DNA of 49,398 bases from Guillardia theta CCMP2712 (taxonomy: Eukaryota; Protista; Cryptophyta), in contig NW_005434633.1 of assembly GCF_000315625.1 (NCBI RefSeq), forward strand, positions 561,921 to 611,318, in the 5' to 3' direction. Position 1 is the first letter of the stretch. Every line of letters begins with the position of its first letter. Positions 1 through 12,497 of this stretch are shown piece by piece. Position numbers and translations under genes: made by a program. Under the pieces are notes generated by a model. That model ran no database searches. It saw only the letters and a program-made list of their open reading frames with translations, and was not told where the DNA came from.

Positions 1-247
1 TCGAATGAAGGAGCAATCCGCCAATCAGAAAGAGACAAGCAAGAGAGGAGACGAGGGGAGAGGGGAGGGGAGTACGAGAAATGGAGCAGGACGTGGACCA
101 AGACCTGCAAACAACGACGGAGGGAGAGGACGAGGAAGTCAAGGAGGAGGAGGAGGAGGAGAAGGAGTAGGAGGAGGTGGTGGTTGTGGAGGGATGAAGA
201 GGGGGAAAGACAAGAGATCCATCTTGGTTTGATTTCCCTTTTTTTCG

Positions 248-848
248 NNNNNNNNNNNNNNNNNNNNNNNNNNNNNNNNNNNNNNNNNNNNNNNNNNNNN
301 NNNNNNNNNNNNNNNNNNNNNNNNNNNNNNNNNNNNNNNNNNNNNNNNNNNNNNNNNNNNNNNNNNNNNNNNNNNNNNNNNNNNNNNNNNNNNNNNNNNN
401 NNNNNNNNNNNNNNNNNNNNNNNNNNNNNNNNNNNNNNNNNNNNNNNNNNNNNNNNNNNNNNNNNNNNNNNNNNNNNNNNNNNNNNNNNNNNNNNNNNNN
501 NNNNNNNNNNNNNNNNNNNNNNNNNNNNNNNNNNNNNNNNNNNNNNNNNNNNNNNNNNNNNNNNNNNNNNNNNNNNNNNNNNNNNNNNNNNNNNNNNNNN
601 NNNNNNNNNNNNNNNNNNNNNNNNNNNNNNNNNNNNNNNNNNNNNNNNNNNNNNNNNNNNNNNNNNNNNNNNNNNNNNNNNNNNNNNNNNNNNNNNNNNN
701 NNNNNNNNNNNNNNNNNNNNNNNNNNNNNNNNNNNNNNNNNNNNNNNNNNNNNNNNNNNNNNNNNNNNNNNNNNNNNNNNNNNNNNNNNNNNNNNNNNNN
801 NNNNNNNNNNNNNNNNNNNNNNNNNNNNNNNNNNNNNNNNNNNNNNNN
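248..848. other. Assembly gap (N run)
   Basis: Run of N flanked by GGA/GAT microsatellites. Confidence 0.99.
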
Positions 849-1030
849 GATGATAATAGTGGTGATGATGGTAAGGATGATGGTGATGATGGTGATGATG
901 ATGATAAGGGAGGAGGAGGAGGAGGGAGGAGGATAAGGGAGGAGGAGGATGGTGGTGGTGGATGGAGATGGGGAAGAAGAACAAGAAGAAGATCGAGAAA
1001 GGAGATGAAAATGAGGATGACGATGAGGAC

Positions 1031-1072
<42 letters not shown>

Positions 1073-1585
1073 AAGGAGGAGGAAGAGGAGGAGGAGGAGG
1101 AGGAGGAGGAGGAGGAAGGGGAGGAGGAGGAGGAGGAGGAGTCTACCTCTACAATAATGTCTCGAGCTGAATGTGTCGAGAGAGAATTACCACTCATGCT
1201 CGATGACCCCGCCGCCCATCCTCTTCGCTATGACTTGCCCATTTTGATGGCAATTTCTCGCCTCCTCTGTGTTCTGCTCGTCCCGGTAAACGTTTGTTCT
1301 CCCACACAGGGATCTTCCCTCAACTCAATGTCTCGGCTTGTCTCGCTATCTTCATGCTTGCTCTTGATACTCTACCATCTTGTCATGCACGTCCTGTCCT
1401 CTGTAGGCTGCAGCCAGCCCTTTCATGATCAACTCCTCAATCTCACGGTTCCAGACTCTCCTGCTGGCCATGATGGGCAGCATCTTCGAATCTGAATTGC
1501 TGAAATCGACTTCCCAGTTGCTCAAGATAATCGTTCAATGCTGCTGCTCTTCCTGTTGATGCTGAGGTTTCCTGGGACCACCTGG

Positions 1586-1788
1586 NNNNNNNNNNNNNNN
1601 NNNNNNNNNNNNNNNNNNNNNNNNNNNNNNNNNNNNNNNNNNNNNNNNNNNNNNNNNNNNNNNNNNNNNNNNNNNNNNNNNNNNNNNNNNNNNNNNNNNN
1701 NNNNNNNNNNNNNNNNNNNNNNNNNNNNNNNNNNNNNNNNNNNNNNNNNNNNNNNNNNNNNNNNNNNNNNNNNNNNNNNNNNNNNNNN
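1586..1788. other. Assembly gap (N run)
   Basis: Run of N. Confidence 0.99.
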
Positions 1789-1852
1789 TAACTCCCTGTC
1801 CTCTCCCGGCACCTGCTCTCCTTCCTCTCTCCCCCTCCCCCTCCTCTTCAAC

Positions 1853-4586
1853 TCACTGCTGTCCCGTCGGTCCTCCATCAGAGTTTCGAAGTTTCTCCAT
1901 GCCGAGGGAAATTCTCCGCAGGGGTTGGAGGAGGAGGTTCTTGGACATGGAGGGCTTGGGGGAGGAAGAGGAGGGGACGGACTGAGTTCGAAAGATTTTG
2001 TGCTCCTCCTCCTTCCTCCCGCTCGGCGTCTCACTGCGCGACTGCTCCGGGTGGTAGAAGATAGGGAGCTCCAGTACCTGGCCAAGCAGCGACGTCAACC
2101 GGAGAGTCATGGAGAAGGAGGAGAGAGGAGGAGGAGAAGGAGGAAAGGAGAGACCGAGGAAGACGATAGAGGAAGAAGTAGATGGACGAGGAGAAGGAGG
2201 AGGAGGAGGAGGAGGAGGAGGAGGGAAGGAGAGACCGAGGAACAAGATAGAGGAGGAGGAGGAGGAGGAGGTTTGCGTGTTTCACCTCACTAGAACTTTT
2301 CCTCTTTTCCGGGTCCACCACCAGCAGCGAGTCTAGCAACTGCATCCATTTCGCCTTCGACTGAGAGGGAATGACTTCATTAGTAGTGGAAGGGGAGGGT
2401 AGCGGGGAGGTAAGGGGGTAACGAGGGAGGAGTAGAAGGAGTAGGAGTAGGAGTAGGAGTAGTAGTAGTAGTAGTAGTAGGAGGAGGAGGAGGAGGAGGA
2501 GGAGGAAGAGGAAGGAGGCGGAGGAGGAGAGAAGGAGGAAGAGGAGGGAGGAGGGGAAGGGCTCAGGAGCAGCACCTCCTTGACATCCTGCTCCAACACG
2601 TTCGGGCTGTCGTCCTTCTCGATCCTCTCCTTGCTGATCAGGCTGCCGACCAGCTCCGGCAGGCTCGCGCGCTGGGAGGGCCAGGAGAGGAAGTGGCAGG
2701 AGCAGTTCATCTTAGCCAACAGCTTCGAATCTGTCGGCGTCCCGACGAGGCTGAACGTCTTGATCAGCTGATCGCGGTTGAAGTTGAAGTGAGTCGCCTG
2801 CGGGCAGTCGCAAACGTCCTCCACCCTCCCCATCAGTGCACAGCGCCCGCTCAGCATCTCCAGCACGATGCAGCCTGCCGACCACTCGTCGATCTTGGGA
2901 GTGTAGGAGGCGCAGCCCATCAGCAGCTCGGGCGCACGGTACCAGAGGGTCGAGACCTCGTTTCTCACCACCATGTTCTCGTCCTGGAACTCGCGGGCCA
3001 GGCCGAAGTCTCCGATCTTGAGGGTCATGCCCTTGAAGACCAGCACGTTAGCCGGCTTGATGTCGCGATGGGCGACTTTGATGCTGTGAAGGTACTCGAT
3101 GCCTCGCAGAATGTCTTCCGTCCCCTTGAGGATCATCGAGAGCTTCAGCGATCGCTTTTGCCGTTTGATCACCACGTGCAGATCTGCCAGCGCCTCTTCG
3201 AAGACGATCACTGTCGAGTCTGCTGTCGCTCCTAGGATCCCGATCACGTTGGGATGGCTCCCTACCCTCTTCATCATCTCTATCTCCCGCTTGAACGCGT
3301 CCCTCCTGTGCTGCCCCGGGCTCGATTTCTTGGCGTCCTCGGGGTCAAGATCGACGTCTGGCCATATCACCTTCACCACGACTCGTTCTCCGCTCTCCAG
3401 GATCGTCGCTTGCCACACTCCCCCGTAAGCTCCCTTCCCAACTTTGTCCGACACCTACTCCTCCGGTGAGCATCATCAAGTATGCAAGAGCAGCCACGAC
3501 GAGAGCAAGGAGGAGAAGGAGGACGGACCAAAAACGAGAAGGGCAAAGAAGGAGAGGAGGAAGGGAAGAGGAGAAAGGCGAGGAGAGCGGAGGAGATAGC
3601 GGTGGAAAGGGAGAGATAGGAAGATCAGGATGTGGAGGAGAGGAGAAGAAAGAAGGAGAAAGAAGGAGGAAGAAGGATCAAGACGTAGAGAGGAGGAGGC
3701 GACCTCCAGGTCGGATCTTCTGAACTTCTTGAGGTTCTGTTTCTTGGCCTGCTCCTTCTTGGGCGCTGCATCCTCGTCAGCTCCTGCTTCCCTCTCCTTG
3801 CACATTCACCTGCTTGACTCGCAGAGGGAGAGCGAGTTATGCCTGACCCTTGATCCCTCATGAAGATGCGCCGGAGGATGTGTCTCGGCATCTCGACTCC
3901 ACTCACAGCTACCGCATACCCCCTCCACCTCGCCTTCCCCTTGTTTGCATACAACCTGAAAATTCTAGTTCACCACATGCCGTCCAGTCGCACTTGACGT
4001 TACCAGCGATCAGTGAGGGTCCGACATGTTCGATGTGCTCATGATGTGTCCCCTCCGACCTCCTATGTCCATCTGTAATGCACAGCACTGAGTCTCGTCA
4101 ATCGCATCAGCACTGGAGCATTTCATGCACATTTCTTTCAACCATGTCCATAATTTCCTGATCTATATCTTATCCAGCATATCTTTGGATGACCGCTTGC
4201 TCTGCTTTTTTCTCAGAATCATTGGGCCTCGATATGAAACGAGCTCAATATGTACTTGACGCACTTTCGTCTCTCCTTAGATCTTTGGGACTATCTTGTC
4301 ATTTTCATCGATTGTATCATACCAGATCTCAGATATAATTGTCATTGCATCTCACCCTCTCCTCTCATCTTCTGCGCTGCCCTTGTCCTGAACTGCCCTC
4401 CCTTTTCTTCCCTGCTCCGTGCTCCCCATCTCGCGTCGCCTCTTCTTTGCCTATTCTCACGTTCTCTCTCCTCTGTCCTTGAATCAGCATAAACTAACTC
4501 TCTCTTCCCTTATTCTCCTCCTCTCCTCCTCTCCTCCTCTCCTCCTCCTTCTCTCTTCTTTGCGCCATCTCTGGCAAAACGCCATG
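1853..4586 (-). CDS. CMGC-group (CDK-like) Ser/Thr protein kinase, multi-exon
   Basis: Main exon 3454-~2577 has GKGAYG, VVK, HRDIKPAN, DFGLAR and VSTLWYRAPELL. Exon ~2357-2287 supplies subdomain XI (LLDSLLVVDPEKR) and the tail exon is 2077-1853. Upstream exons splice in frame (SQA|APKK, SDLE|VSDK). The start near 4586 and a possible extension into 1350-1585 are uncertain. Confidence 0.85.
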
Positions 4587-4809
4587 ATAGCGGTTCGGAT
4601 TTTACAAATGAGTTTAAAACTAAAATAATGATATATTGTTTTTATTATATAACCTTATAAATGGACATATCGTAGCATCGAGTACTCAGTGAACCCCCTT
4701 CACAGGTTTTAAACCCCCTTTCCGAGTATCACAAAACTATATAATTATTTTAAAAAGATAACAGCACTAAACGCAGGTGTATAGTAGATTCAAAAATGTA
4801 GGTGTAGAA

Positions 4810-5071
4810 GATGCTTGAAGATGTAGCAGATGCTTGAAGATGTAGCAGATGCTTGAAGATGTAGCAGATGCTTGAAGATGTAGCAGATGCTTGAAGATGT
4901 AGCAGATGCTTGAAGATGTAGCAGATGCTTGAAGATGTAGCAGATGCTTGAAGATGTAGCAGATGCTTGAAGATGTAGCAGATGCTTGAAGATGTAGCAG
5001 ATGCTTGAAGATGTAGCAGATGCTTGAAGAACCAGCTGCTTGGAGATGTAGCAGATGCTTGAAGATGTAGC
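4810..5071. repeat. 19-bp minisatellite (ATGCTTGAAGATGTAGCAG)n, ~12 near-perfect copies plus a degenerate end
   Basis: Directly visible tandem unit; explains the 19-aa periodic ORFs in three frames. Confidence 0.95.
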
Positions 5072-5722
5072 GAATGTATGAAAGTGTGGTATACAACTTC
5101 GATACTGCTCAAAGTTCCTATCTTCCTCCGGGACAATTTTGTCAGGAGTCTCTATACCCAGCTTGTTGATGTTTCCCGCCTCCCATTTAAGAACAATAAA
5201 GCAGTGTACATGTCGAATGTATGGAGACACAACGATCTATGAAGATGTAACTATATATGATGGTGTCTAATTCCTTCAGCATCTGTATCAATGAGTTGTA
5301 GGCAGGGGCGGCACAAGAAGTAGTTCTAGTTGAGAGAAGTTTCACAGCATCTACGGAAGGAAGCATATTGTTTTGTTGCTGCTCCGATTTTGGCAGGTGT
5401 GGGGAAGGATGGGGATGAAACAAGAAGGTGATTGAAGCGAGGTTGGAGATGGGAGGAGATACACTCGAGATTATCAAGAGTACAGCTCTAGCGTTACTGT
5501 ACTGTTGACCTTACATGAAAGTTACAATCTCTTCTTACCTCGTCGTTGACACCTCAGAAGATTGTCATTCAGCTCAACATGTCATTACCCCATCACTCCT
5601 TGGAGATTGATGGCTTTTCCCGATCTCATCTTCCAGCCCCTCGTTGCTCTCTTCCCTGCCTCTCATTCTGCCCCTGTCCCCTCCTTTTCGTTCTTTCCAT
5701 GTTCAATCGCTCTCCCTCCCCT

Positions 5723-8700
5723 TCAGTCTCCAGCATGGCGCCCAAAGAGCCTCGTCGGCCTCAGCCGCTTGCTCCCACTCGCCTGCTGCTTCCCGCCGTC
5801 AGGTCAACCCACAAGTCCCTCCTCCCTCCTCCCTCCTCCCTCTTCACCTCCTGGCTTTCGAGCGCGCGCTTGTTCGGAGTCCCGTTAACCCTCCGAGTCT
5901 TGAGCGTCTCCTGCTCGACATGCGAGCTGAGGTTCTCCAGCTCCTGCTGGCACTGAAGCATGCTGTCGCAGTTCTTGAGGACAATCTGAGGAAGGGAAGA
6001 TGCGATCAGCAAGGCTTCTGCTCGTCCTCGTCCTCGTCCACGTTCTTCACCTCCTCCTCCTCCTCCTCCTCCTCCTCCTCCTCCTCCTCCGCTAGGGATC
6101 ACTTCACCTTGAGCTCCTCCTCTATCCTTGAGGCGTCGTCCTTCTCCTTTTGCAGATCCTTGTACTCCGAGGATTGCAAGACGTCGACGAGGCCCATCCT
6201 GGTCCTCCTGCTCCCCACCTTCCGCATCCCGTCCCAGCACAGCACCTTGCTGGGCATGTCCAGCCCCACCATCATCTCACCGGCTCCAGCGCTCTGTTCG
6301 CAGTACAACTTGGCCTGTTCAAAGTGCTCGAAGACGAGCAGTCTGCTCAGCATGTGGATTGCCAGCTTCTTCAGCCCCTGAAGCATCCTCGGATCCTCCC
6401 GCTGTTGGACGTTCCGCTGTTGGACGTGAGGCACCACAAAGTCGCTGGCCCTCCCGATGGCCCCCATCGGCAGCCTGCCGGTAGGCGGCGACCCGGAGAG
6501 CTTGTCGAGGGCGATGGCAGCAAGAGGCCTGCTCCTGAAGGAGGAGGAGGAGGAGGAGGAGGAGGAGGAGGAGGAGGAGGAGGCAGCCTGCAGCTCCCTG
6601 TCACAGTCTTGAGCTCGGCGGAAGACGAGGCAGTCCAGGTCTTCCCCGAAGGCTGTCGACAATGCCGTCTGAAGGTCCGACGACTGCGGGTGATCGATCA
6701 AGAACAGGGTGGATAAGCAGCCGAGGGCGGAGGAGTCGGCGGGGAGTTTGACGGTGGAGACGTGGGTCTTGTTTTGTAGCTTGTCAGAAGCAGCTTTCAT
6801 GGCTGCCAGCTTCTCCTCCACCGCTTTCTTGTAGTTGGTCACAGCCGGCAGCTGCTGCTCGCACACCTGCCGTAGAGCCTGGCAGTCCTCGTGCTCGGGA
6901 CGAGAGTAGAAGAATCGGATGTCCTCTGAGACCTCCCGAGTCTTGGGCAGCCTGTCGACAGCGTTGTCGATGCAGCTCTGAGCTAGCGACAATTTCCGGC
7001 GGATTTCTTGCTCCTGCTGCTGCCTCGCTTGTTCCTCAGTATCCCTCTGGTCCTGCTCTACAGAGAGTTCACTGATGCTGAACTCTTCCTCCATGTCTTC
7101 TTCTTCCCTCCGGCTCGCAGACCCATCCTCTTCGCTGACCGATGGGGGCTTCGGCACTGACAAAGTCTCTCGGCCGACCTGCTGTAGCTCTATGTTGCTC
7201 TCGATGTCAAACTCAAGGCTGCAGGTGCTCTCCCAGAGCTCGGAGGAGCCTTCGGGGACGAGTCGGAAGCTGCCGGAGACTTCCGGAGCAGCGGCATTGA
7301 GCGTGACAGGGTCAGCGAGCAGGGTGAAGTGAGTTCTTCCTATCAGGCGCGGCTTCACTGTTGCCTTCCAACCTTCCTCGCTGTGGAATTCCGAAGGTCT
7401 CCCTCCTCCGTCGCAGGCTCGTACCAGGAAGTCCCACTGTAACATGTTGCTCGGGGAGGCAGTCAGGTTCAGCTTCAGCTGCTCCACGGGGCCTGGGGGA
7501 GAAGGTAAGGAAGAGGAACGGCAGAGAGGGAGGAGCTACCTGGTCTCACTTCGACTTCGCACTCGCCTGACGGGATTTCGCTGCTGTTGCTGTAGGTGGG
7601 CCGCGTGTCGGTGAAGACGGCGTGAACTTTGTGTTTCCCAAGGTGGAAGAGAGTCAAGGTAGCGAGCAAAACATTCTTGTCGAAAGAGATGTAATCGGCC
7701 TGTACTCTCTCAGTCCCGCAGTAGAAATTGACGTTGGGCATGGCGCTCATCCCTTCAACATCCTTCTTGTCCTCGGTATGAAACTGAACCTTGGCATCAA
7801 ACCTTGCCTCTGCGATGTCGATGTCGATTTCACTTCTCGTCTTCCTCCTCCGCTCGTTGTCCCTCTTCTTCTTCTGCAGGTAGCCCACCTTGCTTCCCAC
7901 CGTCATCGCGACCCTCATCACTGAGTTCCGCGGGTTCACGACGATCCTCAAGTCGTATTGAAGTCTCTTGCTGGATATCACAGCGTCGTATTCCCCAGCT
8001 GCAAGGGCCGGGATCGTTCTCAGTCTGAAGCAGGGCCCCGTTGACCCATCGATCTCCTTCTCCAGCAAGACGGACTTCTTCTTGACCGTCATCTTGAGGC
8101 CAGAGTTCCACTCCGATGACAAGTTGTTCCCTGCCACGTCCGCCACTATGAACCTGTGATCACACTCTTGCTGCGACATGCTGTCGACTACGATCGAGAG
8201 CGGCTCCGGCCCAGACTCCATGCAGATCTGGTCTGGAACTCCCGCCACAACCTGCACGTCAAGTCTGACAGGCTCGAGGCAGAAGTTCTCAACACCAGCC
8301 TCAGTCTCAGCGCGGATGGTGACGTGGAGGGTCAGGGAGCCTTTGGCTGGTCGCGACAGCAGCCGAGCGCTGTAGACAAGCAGGCTAGCTCCCTCGACCT
8401 TAATGTAACTGGCAGCCGTTTGAGGTGCAACGACGTTGACGGTGCCTGGCTCGCAGATCTGGACTTGGACACTTTCTCCCTCCTCCTTGGGTTCATCGTA
8501 AGTGAATCGGAACGCAGCTATTTCCTTAAGAGTCACTTCTCTGGCTTCGATCTCGTAGCCGTTCTGGTCGACCATTGTCCCGAGGAGTTGAAATGTTTCC
8601 CCTACTGTCAACTGCGACGAGTTGATCAGGCTGAGCTTCAGCCTGCTGGGTACACCCGGTTTGACTTTGACGTTTATCGAGTACTTGCACAGCCTCGTTG

Positions 8701-11700
8701 TCTTCCCGTCTTGTTTCTTCATCACTGAGACGGTGTGGGTGGGAGCTGAAGGCACTTGAAGGGAAGGGAGCGCGATAGGTCGACAACCGGCCACTTGAAC
8801 CCTCCGATCATGCTGACGAGCCCAGCTGACCTCGACCTGCACGTTTGACAAGTCGTTGGACGACTCGTCCGTGCGGTCATGGCAGCTCTGGTTGGCCTCG
8901 TCGGTGAGCTGGAGGGTCAGGTCTGAGATTTCGTCGCCATGCTCTGCGACGATCTCTACCTCTCGCTCCTCGTCGTCGCATCTCTCCAGCGGCAGCTCTC
9001 GGTCAGCTCGCAGCAGCTTCACCCTCCTGGGAGAGCCGCTCGGCACCAGCGTCTTGGTCAGCCTCGCATGGAGCAGAGTCTCCTCAGTCTCGTACAGCAG
9101 GTCGAGAGTAGCTTGCAAGCTCTTCGGAAACTCCTCCGAGTCGCAGAAAAAAACGTTGGGAGCCAGGGCATCCGGGTCAAGGGAGTCTAGGAGAGACTTG
9201 TGGTAGACGAAGCAACGACCCTTTATGGCGTCTGGATGAAGATCCTCCGGGCTATCCTTATCCCGTTCCAGCAGGCGGGAAGTCAGAGAAGATTTGAGCT
9301 TGTAGTACTCCACAGTCATACCAGTGGCCGGAACGTCGAGGCTGGAGTCGTTGAAGATAGATAAGATCCTGCCGTACACGTTGACCTTAGGGTAAGTCTT
9401 GCGATGGTCGCTCTTCTGAAGCTCCCACTCTGTTTCCATTACGATGAAGTCTCCAACTTGGAAGAAGCCATGATCCTTGTGAGGGATTCCTGCAGGAACT
9501 TGTTGTTCCAATATCTTCTTCTTCCACCGGTCACAGTCACCCTTGTTGAACGTCTTGGAGTCATCGCAACATGCTCCTGGGGCGCAAGAGAACAAAGTGC
9601 TGACGCAGTTTGACTGGAGGTGACAGAGTCCCTTCTTCACATCTTTTCCTTCCCACTTGGATTGTTTTGACAAGACGAGATCTGGGCTGGTCAAGAGAAG
9701 CTTGCTCCCGGTAACTGAGCTGCAGACATTCTCACTTTCGTCCTGTATGGTGATATCGATGGGATCGAAGTTCTCGTAGTTTTTCAGTTCGGTCCAAGGA
9801 ACGTCACTCTTGATGCTGCTGGCTGGTCCATGTTCAACTGTGATCAAGATGCTGCACTGAACCTCTTTCTTCTTGTCAACGTCTGCTTCCTCCAGTCCTT
9901 CACTCACGATGACCTTGGCTGAATGCGTCCCGACTTTTGCTCTGGTCACGCAGAGGTCTGAAATCCTAGCGGTCGACCCTTGAAAGTTGTAAGTGAAAGA
10001 AATCTGCATGTTCTCAGCGTCATCTGCAACGACGGAAACCCTGTGAGTAGAGTTGCTCAGCGAGATTGTGTTGTTGTACTTGTCGACGACTTTCAGTGCA
10101 TGCGAGCTCTCCTTGCCCAGCACACAGCAGATGGTGGACTCGTTGGGGTCGAGGGTGACACTATCCATATCTCCGGGTACGATCTCGAACGTCACTGGGT
10201 CACTCTGGAAGGACCTGCCATCGTCCTCTGGCTTCAGGTGCAATACGTACTTGTCAGCTATCGACAAAGTCAAGAGGTCAGCAGACCACTGAGCCTTGTT
10301 TTCGTCGATGTGAAACTCCTTTTCAAAGTTCTTCTGCCCCTTGAGAGTTGCTTTCATGCTTGGTGTGTAGCCTTTAATTTCCTCGCCCATCGAATTCTTG
10401 CAGGATATCCGAGGGAAGAGAATGGCAGGGCCAGCCTTGAAACTCTTGTCTCTGTACGTTGCAATCACTCTACGCACAATCTTGCTCTCATTTAAATTCT
10501 TGATAGCGTCGAATTCCTCCTGCGTGATATGCTTCATAGTTTTGTGCGGTATTTCATGTAGAGAATGTTTCATGCTGTTGTCTGGATACAGCTCATCCAA
10601 CTCGACATTGCCGATACAGTTACTGTTTGAGAAGTGCCCTTTTTGCAAGAATCTCACAACCTTCCCCACAACCCTCATAGCATTCTTCTTGTACTCCCTG
10701 GTGTTAATAAGCTCAATCAACTCACCGACCTCAAACGTCTCGTTGCAGATCACAACTTTGTCATGTTCAGAAACATCTTTAACTGGATCATGTGTGGGGT
10801 TTTCTCCTTGGAACGAGACCTCGGTATCGTACGTGAGATGGCATTTGTTCACCCAATAGTCATATGGTGCAGCTAGATTCTTCTTACTGAAAGCCTTCTT
10901 CAGCTTGTTTACACTCTCTGAACTGCTGCTGAACTCCCGTTTGTTCGACTCTGGTACGACCGCTCGATCTACAAACAGGATCCCAAACGTCCTCTCGTAG
11001 CAACGCTCTGGTGCATTCGCATCTTTGCGGTGATGCATGAAGTCAGGATAGAAGTGCTCTCCAGGTAGCCAGCGGCCCATCCAGAACGTCATGAAACGTC
11101 GTTTGTCGCTGAATGTTCGACCCGGCATCTTATCAACGTATGGTACAGTTTCCACCTGCTCCTTCCGAGGGAAGTAGAACACAGCTCCAATGACAACCGA
11201 GGTGGTTGACTTGTCGACTTCGAACTCAACGTGGATCGGGAAAATATCTGCAGCGCCGTCGAGCACTTGATCGATGCAGCAGGTTGAGCTAGACAGGCGA
11301 TAAACTTGAGGAGTCATGGAGTGGTTGAGAAGGACATGGAACTTGAAGTCGATCTGGCTTATGTGTGCTCTATCATTGTCTATGAACTTGTTCAACATGT
11401 CTTTCAGTTTCTGCATCTCTTCCAGCACGAACTTGATCGTCTTGCCAGGCCGACTGGTAGAAAGCAGGCAGGACTTTCCAGTTTGCTCCAGGAGCCTGTC
11501 TAGAAACCTGCCTGACCCCTCGATCTCTCCCTCAAGGTACAAGTAGTACATCGCCCTGAGGCTTGCAAGGTAATCCTGAAGGGCCTCTGGGGAGAAAGCT
11601 CCGTTACTGCTAAATCTGTTAACATTGAAACCTTCAATCTCAATCCTGCAGAAAGTGGACGTGACGTCTGCTCCATCGTCGAGGGGCATCTCATACACAT

Positions 11701-12283
11701 CGGCAATGAATTCACCTTTGTTCGGCTCAGTCACAACCGTGACATGCTTGCTGTCCCGCGTCTTGCTGCTAACAATGTAGGTCTCGCCCAGGAAGTTGCA
11801 GGCACTCTTCGCTCCCATCCCGTAGCGTGAGAAGGTGCCCGCGAGGTATCTGCCAAAGGAGTCGATCTGCATCGAGGAGGAGTCGTTTTGGGAGGCATTT
11901 TCGCAGCCCATCTTGAACATCACCGTCGGGTCGTCTGTCCCGATCCCGTTGTCGTCGATCACCAAACTTTTGTTCTGCCAGTCCAGGGTGATCAGGATGG
12001 TCTTGGGCTCCCCTGGTGGTTTGCAAAGGATGTACTGGATCGAGTTGTCGACCAGCTCGCCAATGGCTGACAGGAAGCAGCAGTCTGCTGTCACGCTGTC
12101 GATAAACTTCTCCTTGGAAGGCTTTGTGTCTGCAGTTCGTACATGCTTGCGTTTCTCTCGATTTCCTGCCGCACTATCAGATACTTGTCACAAACAAAAA
12201 GTATGCCGATGATCACCTCTTGGTACGAAAGATGTGTGTTCGCCATCTTGTATGCCGCAGTCGGTGTTGGGCCTCTGTGCCAT
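5723..12283 (-). CDS. SMCHD1: SMCHD1/GMI1-like protein: GHKL ATPase, transducer, Ig-like repeats with BAH insert, coiled coil, SMC hinge
   Basis: GHKL motifs AIGELVDNS, DDNGIG and FSRYGMGAKSA. SMCHD1-type blocks FWMGRWLP, ERCYERTFGILFVD..SNKREF and WVNKCHLTYD. A GT-AG intron at 7539-7493 joins the 1539-aa ORF to the hinge exon (GCLSTLFLID..LDCLVF..LLVFEHFEQAKLY..MVGLD). Likely start MAQRPNTD at 12283 and stop at 5723 after two short terminal exons. Confidence 0.85.
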
Positions 12284-12369
12284 TCTTCGAGCGTCGCAAG
12301 CTTGCGATCACAGACGGACGAAAGATGGGGAACAGGGGGAAGAGATATGAAGAGACCAGAAGGAGAGGG

Positions 12370-12497
12370 AAGGAGAGGAGAGGAGAGGAGAGGAGAGGAG
12401 AGGAGAGGAGAGGAGAGGAGAGGAGAGGAGAGGAGAGGAGAGGAGAGGAGAGGAGAGGAGAGGAGAGGAGAGGAGAGGAGAGGAGAGGAGAGGAGAG
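12370..12497. repeat. (GGAGA)n pentanucleotide microsatellite, ~25 copies
   Basis: Direct reading; upstream of the SMCHD1-like start. Confidence 0.95.

Noticed and set aside
1140-1585. Separate gene between the two gaps
   Set aside because: Only a short minus-strand frame (..MLPIMASRRVWNREIEELIMKG..QEQA*); it cannot be assigned across the N gap and may be a 3' exon of the kinase
4810-5071. CRISPR array or repeat protein
   Set aside because: No spacers; the 19-nt unit is not a multiple of 3; eukaryotic context
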